This document shows positions 52,509-61,642 of a DNA stretch of 64,000 bases, piece by piece; the stretch's first letter is position 1; every line of letters begins with the position of its first letter. Below the pieces are notes generated by a model. The model did not search any database. It had not been told where the DNA came from and saw only the letters and a program-made list of their open reading frames with translations. Both the position numbers and the translations under genes were made by a program. Source of the DNA: Schizochytrium sp. TIO01 (Eukaryota > Protista > Bigyra: Labyrinthulomycetes); contig SMSO01000014.1 of assembly GCA_004764695.1 (NCBI GenBank), forward strand, positions 57,648 through 121,647, given 5' to 3'.

Positions 52509-55500
52509 TTAAGAACTATTTTTATTCAAAATATAAGGGCCTAGACATCCCAACGCTCCACGAAAGGCAACGTTTGCAGCTTCCAGCCCATCAAGCTCTA
52601 CTTTCTGCGCAGAAAGATAGTCCTCTTTCGAACTCAGCTCACAAAAGCTGTTAGCAGGCCAAGCTTGTGTAAGAAGACTACGCTTCAATGGAAACGGCAG
52701 AGAGAGTGCATCGTTCACAACATGTATACAACGAAGCTCACGAGATATCTGTATAAGACTTGTCCTTCTTGCCTTTGCAGAACAAACGTGCCTATTCAAT
52801 TCGAGCTCCTTACAAATTTCATCCGTGAACTGGTCAATTCTAGAAATCAGTAAAAACCAAATGCCATCAACTCCGTTCGTCAGTTAAAATTTTCACGTCA
52901 TCAAAAGGCACCCACAGTATTGCCAGTACTGCTTCATTTATTCTTTGATATTACCATGCTCTTTGTTACATCCACAATCAACCAAACAAAAAATTCCACA
53001 ACAAACTTGCAATGACGAGAAGAAAAATATCGTCAAAACAAAACAGTAGACAACCCACGACACAACCAACCAACCAAGTCTCATGCACAAACCAGTACAC
53101 GAGCTATTGCTTAGACAACTTACGATAGTGATGTCAGCGACCGGTTATCTTTCAGCGCCGCAGCCACTGCCTTGGCGCCCTCTGAGCCGATATGGTTCCA
53201 CGAAAGACTGTGGATTTGATTGAATGATGGCAAGCAATACATTACACATTACATATTACAATAGATGCACGCATGCATGCATGGACGTGAGTGATCTAGG
53301 TTAGCTTTCACCATTTATCTTTGTTGTGTTGTCATTTTGCTCTTTGTTCGATGGATGTATACTCACTCAAACAGACAACTCATCCATCCATCAAACAAAC
53401 AAGCGATTGCATAAACTTGCAAAACAACACCGACCCACCCACCAAACAACAAACCAAGCATCATGTACAAACAAGTCCACGAGCTGCGGTGTTGCGTAGA
53501 CAACTTACTTGAGTGATGTCAGCGACCGGTTATCTTTCAGCGCCGCAGCCACTGCCTTGGCGCCCTCTGAGCCGATTTTGTTGTTACTAAGACTGTTGAT
53601 ATGATTCAATGATGGCAAGCAATACATTACACGTTACATATTACAATAGATGCACGCATGCATGCATGGACGTGAGTGATCTAGGTTAGCTTTCACCATT
53701 TATCTTTGTTGTGTTGTCATTTTGCTCTTTGTTCGATGGATGTATACTCACTCAAACAGACAACTCATCCATCCATCAAACAAACAAGCGATTGCATAAA
53801 CTTGCAAACCAACACCGACCCACCCACCAAACAACAAACCAAGCATCATGTACAAACAAGTCCACGAGCTGCGGTGTTGCGTAGACAACTTACTTGAGTG
53901 ATGTCAGCGACCGGTTCTCTTTCAGCGCCGCAGCCACTGCCTTGGCGCCCTGTAAGCCGATTTTGTTGTTACTAAGACTGTTGATATGATTCAATGATGG
54001 CAAGCAATACATTACACGTTACATATTACAATAGATGCACGCATGCATGCATGGACGTGAGTGATCTAGGTTGGCTTTCACCATTTATCTTTGTTGTGTT
54101 GTCATTTTGCTCTTTGTTCGATGGATGTATATTCACTCAAACAGACAACCCATCCATCCATCCATCCATCAACCAAACAATCAAACAAACAAACAAGCGA
54201 TTGCATAAACTTGCAAAACAACACCGACCCACCCACCAAACAACAAACCAAGCATCATGCACAAAACAAGTTCACATTGCGTAGACAACTTACCTGAGTG
54301 ATGTCAGCGACTGATTCTCTTTAAGCGCCGCAGCCACTGCCTTGCCGCCCTCGTCGCCGATGCGGTTCCACGTAAGACTGTCGATTTGATTGAATGATGG
54401 CAAGCAATACATTACACGTTACATATTACAATAGATGCACGCATGCATGCATGGACGTGAGTGATCTAGGTTGGCTTTCACCATTTATCTTTGTTGTGTT
54501 GTCATTTTGCTCTTTGTTCGATGGATGTGTACTCACTCAAACAGACAACTCATCCATCCATCAAACAAACAAGCGATTGCATAAACTTGCAAACCAACTC
54601 CGACCCACCCACCAAACAACAAACCAAGCATCATGTACAAACAAGTCCACGAGCTGCGGTGTTGCGTAGACAACTTACTTGAGTGATGTCAGCGACCGGT
54701 TCTCTTTCAGCGCCGCACCCACTGCCTTGGCACCCTCTGAGCCGATCTCGTTGAATTCAAGACTGTCGATTTGATTGAATGATGGCAAGCAATACATTAC
54801 ACGTTACATATTACAATAGATGCATGCATGCATGCATGGACGTGAGTGATCTAGGTTGGCTTTCAGCATTTATCTTTGTTGTGTTGTCATTTTGCTCTTT
54901 GTTCGATGGATGTATACTCACTCGAACAGACAACTCATCTATCCATCAAACAAACAAGAGATTGCATAAACTTGCAAAACAACACCGACCCACCCACCAA
55001 ACAACAAACCAAGCATCATGTACAAACAAGTCCACGAGCTGCGGTGTTGCGTAGACAACTTACTTGAGTGATGTCAGCGACCGGTTCTCTTTCAGCGCCG
55101 CACCCACTGCCTTGCCGCCCTCTGAGCCGATATTGTTGCACAGAAGACTGTCGATTTGATTGAATGATGGCAAGCAATACATTACACGTTACATATTACA
55201 ATAGATGCACGCATGCATGCATGGACGTGAGTGATCTAGGTTAGCTTTCACCATTTATCTTTGTTGTGTTGTCATTTTGCTCTTTGTTCGATGGATGTGT
55301 ACTCACTCAAACAGACAACTCATCCATCCATCAAACAAACAAGCGATTGCATAAACTTGCAAACCAACTCCGACCCACCCACCAAACAACAAACCAAGCA
55401 TCATGTACAAACAAGTCCACGAGCTGCGGTGTTGCGTAGACAACTTACGATAGTGATGTCAGTGACCGGTTCTCTTTCAGCGCCGCAGCCACTGCCTTGG

Positions 55501-56551
55501 CACCCTCGTCGCCGATTTTGTTGTAGGCAAGACTGTCCATTTGATTGAATGATGGCAACCAATACATTACACGTTACATATTACAATAGATGCACGCATG
55601 CATGCATGGACGTGAGTGATCTAGGTTGGCTTTCACCATTTATCTTTGTTGTGTTGTCATTTTGCTCTTTGTTCGATGGATGTATACTCACTCAAACAGA
55701 CAACTCATCCATCCATCAAACAAACAAGAGATTGCATAAACTTGCAAAACAACACCGACCCACCCACCAAACAACAAACCAAGCATCATGTACAAACAAG
55801 TCCACGAGCTGCGGTGTTGCGTAGACAACTTACTTGAGTGATGTCAGCGACCGGTTCTCTTTCAGCGCCGCACCCACTGCCTTGCCGCCCTCTGAGCCGA
55901 TATTGTTGCACGGAAGACTGTCGATTTGATTGAATGATGGCAACCAATACATTACACGTTACATATTACAATAGATGCACGCATGCATGCATGGACGTGA
56001 GTGATCTAGGTTGGCTTTCACCATTTATCTTTGTTGTGTTGTCATTTTGCTCTTTGTTCGATGGATGTGTACTCACTCAAACAGACAACTCATCCATCCA
56101 TCAAACAAACAAGCGATTGCATAAACTTGCTTGCCAAAACAACACCGACCCACCCACCAAACAACAAACCAAGCATCATGTACAAACAAGTCCACGAGCT
56201 GCGGTGTTGCGTAGACAACTTACTTGAGTGATGTCAGCGACCGGTTCTCTTTCAGCGCCGCACCCACTGCCTTGGCGCCCTCGTCGCCGATCTGGTTTCT
56301 AAAAAGACTGTCGATTTGATTGAATGTTGCCAAGCAATACATTATATTGCATTGGATGCATGCATGGCCGTGAGTGATCTAGGTTGGCTTTCAGCATTTA
56401 TCTTTGTTGTGGTGTCATTTTGCTCTTTGTTCGATGGATGTATACTCACTCAAACAGACAACTCATCCATCCATCAAACAAACCGAACAAACAAACAAGA
56501 GATTGCATAAACTTGCAAAACAAGAGCGACAAAAGCAACACCGTGCAAATA

Positions 56552-56603
<52 letters not shown>

Positions 56604-56680
56604 GTGTTAACTTACTCTAAAATTGTAGCACCATTCTGAAGCTTTTCAAGGGCATAGACAACATCTGGGTCGTGCGACAT
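52509..56680 (-). CDS. LRR gene C: 11-exon RI/NLRC3-type LRR protein (~383 aa; 9 one-repeat exons plus the same C-terminal domain as gene A)
   Basis: Phase-2 exons: 56616-56680 (ATG, MSHDPDVVYALEKLQNGATIL), nine 84-nt exons (56224-56307, 55834-55917, 55449-55532, 55064-55147, 54679-54762, 54294-54377, 53894-53977, 53509-53592, 53124-53207), 52509-52839. Sum 1152 nt, open. Repeat consensus LxxNxIG(S/D)EG(A/G)KAV(A/G)AALK(E/D)NRSLTSLx. Confidence 0.9.
53110..56530 (-). repeat. 385-bp tandem exon+intron array (9 LRR exons)
   Basis: Exon spacing left to right 385, 385, 400, 385, 385, 385, 385, 390 bp. Introns GTAAGTTGTCTA...ACAG are near-identical. Confidence 0.96.
56552..56603. repeat. (AAGC)n microsatellite in intron 1 of LRR gene C
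   Basis: About 13 perfect AAGC units. Confidence 0.9.
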
Positions 56681-57140
56681 CGCAGCAAGTAAAGATCTAT
56701 ACCTGAACCAGCGTACGCGTGCTTATATCCCTTCAGTTAAGCTCGTGGCGCAGCCCCAGTCGTTGCAGAAGGTTTCGAACCTGCTGGACGTAAAGCTGCA
56801 AGTCGATGACAGAGGTGCGGACTTACTGAGTTACTATGGTTCTCCTTAAGAAGGAGATACTCTTCAGTGCTGTCGAAGTAAACGGATATTTACTAGTTTG
56901 AACTTAACCTTACCTACTAAGCCTCGGTGCTTGACCTCCTTTCTTTCTCGCTCTTTCAAGACTATTACTATTTCCTAGAGCCTAGTCCTAAAATATCTTA
57001 TGCAGTGATATTGCTCCAGAAGTTCCAGCAATACTACCCCTTAGTACTAACTACTATGAACTAGTTAGTCATAGAAGTAAGAAGTAAACAACAACCCGTT
57101 TAATACTGCGTATATATACAGTATGCACCATTTCATCAGC

Positions 57141-57259
57141 ACATTCGATCATACCACGCGGGTAACACCTCATCTCATTCGCACTGAGAAGTAAAGTCGC
57201 GTAGGGCCGGGTCAGTAGTATGATAGGGGACTGCATGCGAAGCCCCGGTGTTGAATGTT
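57141..57259 (+). rRNA. 5S rRNA: 5S rRNA, copy 3
   Basis: Identical to copy 1; TATATATA upstream, oligo-T terminator. Confidence 0.95.
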
Positions 57260-58070
57260 TTTTTCTTCCCCTTTTTTTTTTCTCTTTTTTTTTTCCCTTT
57301 CCAACAACTAAAAAACAGGCAACATCATTGTGCAGAGTCTAAACCTCCTTGAACGCATGCTAATGATATACGTCATTGAGCTTGTTCACTCGTGGAAGCT
57401 GCATTACTTATTTTCATCGACGTAATCACTTGTACGCAGAGTAAAGTTTGCATTCTGATCACCATTTTGTATGCAGATCGACTAGAGTGACAATGAGGTG
57501 GTCGCAGACGCTTCTTTAAGATGCAAAGAACTTTCTTTGCATTCTGCAATTTTATGGCAAATTAGGGTGAGGCGTTCACCAAGAGATAGCGTAGATAGAG
57601 GAATGAAGGAAAAGAATGGTTAGCATTAACATTCAGGAACTGCTGACAAGGTCCATCTTGTCCAGGTCTAGGGAGTGGGATTGTGACCATTCTACTTATA
57701 GATACATACCTATGTACATATTTAGCTGTTATACTTCAATTAATTGTCAAGACAACACTGCACTTGCTTCCCTGCTCCTGAGCTTTGAGAGGTATAGAAA
57801 GCTAGCGAAAGTAAGGGTTCTACCTGCCCAAGACAAATGAAGAAAGTTTGATCATTTCTGAATTTCGTTCCTCCTTTGTTTTGTTCCCAGGAAAGGAATA
57901 GGGACTCGATGGATTAGTCCTCCACACTTTCCATTTAGAGACGTAGTAGTACTTTGGAGAAGTACTACTGCATATTTACTACTATGATAGTGTACCTACT
58001 TAATATATCCTAGTACTGTCAGATTTTTATAAAAATAAAAAGAGTTTTTTTAAACTCCTCTAAAAAAGAA

Positions 58071-58141
58071 AGCGTCAGCCGGGAATCGAACCCGGGGCAG
58101 CCGCATGGCAAACAGCTATTTTACCACTAAACCACTGACGC
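58071..58141 (-). tRNA. tRNA-Gly: tRNA-Gly (GCC)
   Basis: GCGTCAGTGGTTTAGTGGTAAAATAGCTGTTTGCCATGCGGCTGCCCCGGGTTCGATTCCCGGCTGACGCT. Confidence 0.93.
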
Positions 58142-58420
58142 ATCTGACCAGATATCATTTCTTGATAGTAATGAACAATATATACATGAAATTGGAATGT
58201 AAACTTTACAAAGGTAAGTGTATATGTGAAGAAGGGAGATATTTGATCATAAAGTGAGTCAAATTTGCCAAGTAATCAACGTGACCAGTGTCAAGAGTAA
58301 CTTTAGTTGGAATAACTTTGCAGTATTGGTTTGATGGATTCTCAAAGAGGCTTTCCCTGTCTTCAGAAAAAACACAAACAAAATTAGAGTAGATATACTT
58401 TAGGTTTAAATGTTTTCTGT

Positions 58421-61400
58421 TTAGGATGAAGAGTCAATGTCACACACGTCAGAGATGATTTCATCAGAAATTGACATCAGACCATCTGCATCTGCTTGAA
58501 CTTGGAGGTCCTCGACCGATCCAAATGCTGCGGCCTTGACTCCGTTTCCTATGCGCACAAAAACCAGATATACGTCATCATCAGTTCCAAGAATCCCGTC
58601 AGCACCCTTACGTAAATCTGCAGCTGCCTTCTTGGCACACGTTTTGGGGTTCTTCGGGTATCCGTTAGCCTTGCAATCGGTATTTTTGGTGGGATTTCCA
58701 TCTGTAAGAATAATTGCGACCCTTCGATCAAGCCCAGAACGAATTTCAGTGTTCGCAAAGATTTTCTGTGCCCTGATTAGCGCACCGCCAGTCCCAGTGC
58801 CAGAGCTCACTCTGGGTACTGTATCCATGGTAGTTTGAAACAGACTTTGTGAAGTAGCAATCGTCGAATCAAAATCCCACAAAGTAGTCACACTACTGGC
58901 AAAACGAACAGCTGCCAGGCGAGAGTCCGAGCTAGTAGAACCGACCTGAAACGCGCTTCCGAGAGCCTGGATAAACTCCGTTAACTGGGCCCATTCTGTA
59001 CTGCTCACGGAACCAGAAGAGTCTAAAATGAACAATACATCATTGACCTTTGGGCCACACGGGATGACAGAAAACCCATATGAATTGAGTGTTGGTGCCG
59101 CAGTGGGTGCTATGGTGCCGTCATCAGAAGTTGAAGAAGAGTCTTCAGTGGGAGAGGAGGTAGGAGATGCGGTTGGAGTACACCCTGCCGTAAGACCAGT
59201 GATGAAATCAGCAGTTGTAGATTTTTTCTTGCCAGCGCTCTTACGAAGAGAACAAATTTCTTTACTTGCTTGATATACCCAAGCTACACAACTAGAAGTA
59301 CTGTAACAAATCTCTGCGCACTCTTCTACGGAGGCGATGTTACCTGTCTTAAGGAGAGACGCTCCGTTGTACATGTAGAATTGTGAGTAGCAAGAACTTG
59401 GCGAAGGGCAAACAAAAGTGCCTGCGATTGATTTCTTGTTTTTCTTCAGCTTAAAAGTTCCAGATTTGAGCAAGCATACCTTGCTCTTTGAGTTCCACGA
59501 ATAGCCCGTACATTGATCTACGCCGATACAAAGCTCACGGCAAGCATCGATACTCTCGACCGCTTTTTCAGTGGACAGTGTTTCACCACCGGACAGTTGA
59601 GCTTGGGTGATATCACATCTTGCAAGTGTTGGAGCTGAAGTTGGAGAATTCGTGTCAGTCTCCGATACTCGCACTTCTGTAGGTGCATCAGTGGGCGAAG
59701 GAGTTGTTGGAGCATTTGTAGGTGCATCAGTGGGCGAAGGAGTTGTTGGAGCATTCGTAGGTGCGTCAGTGGGTGAAGGTGTTGTTGGAGCATTTGTAGG
59801 TGCATCAGTGGGCGAAGGAGTTGTTGGAGCATTTGTAGGTGCATCAGTGGGCGAAGGAGTTGTTGGTGCATTCGTAGGTGCATCAGTGGGCGAAGGAGTT
59901 GTTGGAGCATTCGTAGGTGCATCAGTGGGCGAAGGAGTTGTTGGAGCATTCGTAGGTGCATCAGTGGGCGAAGGAGTTGTGGGAGCATTCGTAGGTGCGT
60001 CAGTGGGTGAAGGAGTTGTTGGAGCATTTGTAGGTGCATCAGTAGGCGAAGGAGTTGTTGGAGCATTCGTAGGTGCATCAGTGGGCGAAGGAGTTGTTGG
60101 GGCATTTGTAGGTGCATTCGTAGGCGAAGGAGTTGTTGGTGCATTCGTAGGTGCATTCGTAGGCGAAGGAGTTGTTGGTGCATTCGTAGGTGCATCAGTG
60201 GGCGAAGGAGTTGTGGGAGCATTCGTAGGTGCGTCAGTGGGTGAAGGAGTTGTTGGAGCATTTGTAGGTGCATCAGTAGGCGAAGGAGTTGTTGGAGCAT
60301 TTGTAGGTGCATTCGTAGGCGAAGGAGTTGTTGGTGCATTCGTAAAATAGCGAGCCCGTCCGAAGTTAAAGGCAAATGTCATCGTGTTATAAGTCTCCCC
60401 GTTCCACACCCAGTATACATCTGTATCAGTCAGACCCTCAGCTGGTAGACCCCAGACACCGTTGCCATTTTGAGTATAGACTAAATCTTTTGAAGATGCA
60501 TCTGTGAGGGTTGGTTCGATGTACCACTCTAAAGAATCAGGGTCCGCATTCATTACTGTGGACCCGTTCGTTACATATCGTGTTCCACATGCATCAATCA
60601 CAGCTTGAAAACCTCCAACAGAACCCACATCTTTACATTCGAATTCAAGATGTGTGTTGTCAGTCAAATTGATAGTCTTCGTGAATGTGTTTTCCCATTC
60701 TGTGATGTCCCATTCTCCTGTACGATCGCTCGCCAATTCTACAAATAAACTGTCGTCAGACAATTCGTATTGTCGAAATTGCAGATAATTGTCACACCGA
60801 GCCTCAATTGTTGCAGAGGTGCACTCCTCGCTAGGACATTCCAAATTGAACCCAAATGTCATGGTATTGAGGTTATTGTCATTCCAAACCCAAAATGTAT
60901 CTTCATCTTTGAGTCCGCTGCCAGTACTTCCCCACTTACCAGCGCCCATAGCCGTATAGACAAGGGTTGAAGATGAAGAGTCAGACTTGTCAGGGTTGAT
61001 GAACCATTCGTATGGGCTTGGGTCACTTTCAAGAGTAACACTTTCATCCGTGATAAACCTGTATCCGCAAGCTTCAATTTCCGCCACAAAGCCTCCGACA
61101 TCGGAAATATCTTTGCATTCGAATTCTAAATGGGTCTTACCAGAAAGATCGACAACTGTAGTGAACGTCTCTTGCCAGTTCTCCAAATCCCAATCACCAG
61201 TGCGATCGCTAGGCTCTTCGACATAAGCGCCATCCGTCAATTCGTATTGGCGGAACTGAAGCTTATTGTCACATCTAACTCTGATTGTAGCATTATTGCA
61301 GTTGCAGAGATCAGCATTGTATGAACCACTTGTAAAAAGCTTGGTTGGGCTTTGGGTCGGGGATGCGGTAGGTTCTGGCGTGGGTTTTGCTGTCGGTTTT

Positions 61401-61642
61401 GATGTGGGACTGTGCTTTTGCCCCCAATAAAGTACCCTTCGATCTCCCACTGCATCATCGCTTTCTACGGGAATATTCGCAGCCAAAGTAAAGAGTTTGC
61501 GGCTATCTGTTGTAGCTTCGATCTCAGACTCCGCTGCCAAGTCATGAACAACGCTTCCAGCAGGTTTTGCAGCTTTTGCCATGTAAATTATGGCTACGAG
61601 GGCTACAAGAGCAGGGGCAAACCATCTGTGAGGGTTCCGCAT
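58421..61642 (-). CDS. secreted multidomain adhesin-like protein (~1073 aa): signal peptide, 2 tandem lectin-like beta domains, Pro/Thr mucin repeat, 2 PAN/apple domains, C-terminal VWA
   Basis: First ATG at 61642 (MRNPHRWFAPALVALVAIIYMAKA). Duplicated ATIxxRCDNxLQFRQYEL..HLEFECKD..VGGF domain. PAN patterns CRELCIGVDQCTGYSW..CLLK and CAEICYSTSSCVAWVY..CSLR. VWA DVLFILDSSGSV..IILTDG (MIDAS). Confidence 0.9.
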   Translation of the reverse strand: MRNPHRWFAPALVALVAIIYMAKAAKPAGSVVHDLAAESEIEATTDSRKLFTLAANIPVESDDAVGDRRVLYWGQKHSPTSKPTAKPTPEPTASPTQSPTKLFTSGSYNADLCNCNNATIRVRCDNKLQFRQYELTDGAYVEEPSDRTGDWDLENWQETFTTVVDLSGKTHLEFECKDISDVGGFVAEIEACGYRFITDESVTLESDPSPYEWFINPDKSDSSSSTLVYTAMGAGKWGSTGSGLKDEDTFWVWNDNNLNTMTFGFNLECPSEECTSATIEARCDNYLQFRQYELSDDSLFVELASDRTGEWDITEWENTFTKTINLTDNTHLEFECKDVGSVGGFQAVIDACGTRYVTNGSTVMNADPDSLEWYIEPTLTDASSKDLVYTQNGNGVWGLPAEGLTDTDVYWVWNGETYNTMTFAFNFGRARYFTNAPTTPSPTNAPTNAPTTPSPTDAPTNAPTTPSPTDAPTNAPTTPSPTDAPTNAPTTPSPTNAPTNAPTTPSPTNAPTNAPTTPSPTDAPTNAPTTPSPTDAPTNAPTTPSPTDAPTNAPTTPSPTDAPTNAPTTPSPTDAPTNAPTTPSPTDAPTNAPTTPSPTDAPTNAPTTPSPTDAPTNAPTTPSPTDAPTNAPTTPSPTDAPTNAPTTPSPTDAPTEVRVSETDTNSPTSAPTLARCDITQAQLSGGETLSTEKAVESIDACRELCIGVDQCTGYSWNSKSKVCLLKSGTFKLKKNKKSIAGTFVCPSPSSCYSQFYMYNGASLLKTGNIASVEECAEICYSTSSCVAWVYQASKEICSLRKSAGKKKSTTADFITGLTAGCTPTASPTSSPTEDSSSTSDDGTIAPTAAPTLNSYGFSVIPCGPKVNDVLFILDSSGSVSSTEWAQLTEFIQALGSAFQVGSTSSDSRLAAVRFASSVTTLWDFDSTIATSQSLFQTTMDTVPRVSSGTGTGGALIRAQKIFANTEIRSGLDRRVAIILTDGNPTKNTDCKANGYPKNPKTCAKKAAADLRKGADGILGTDDDVYLVFVRIGNGVKAAAFGSVEDLQVQADADGLMSISDEIISDVCDIDSSS
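59678..60343 (-). repeat. 39-bp coding tandem repeat x17 (TNAPTTPSPT[D/N]AP)
   Basis: Repeated GTAGGTGCATCAGTGGGCGAAGGAGTTGTTGGAGCATT(T/C) units. Confidence 0.95.

Noticed and set aside
53110-56530. CRISPR-like or DGR-like reading of constant repeats with short variable segments (also 23382-25525)
   Set aside because: Units are ~400 bp, variable parts are in-frame codons inside GT-AG exons, no cas or DGR reverse transcriptase is present, and changes are not visibly adenine-specific.
53321-56620. Repeated plus-strand ORFs (MLCCHFALC.., MMASNTLHV..)
   Set aside because: Antisense to the introns of LRR gene C; they recur only because the intron is repeated.
59518-60375. Alternative-frame and antisense ORFs (MLQQLLRPLMHL.., VGASVGEGVVGAF..)
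   Set aside because: Shadows of the 39-bp coding repeat.
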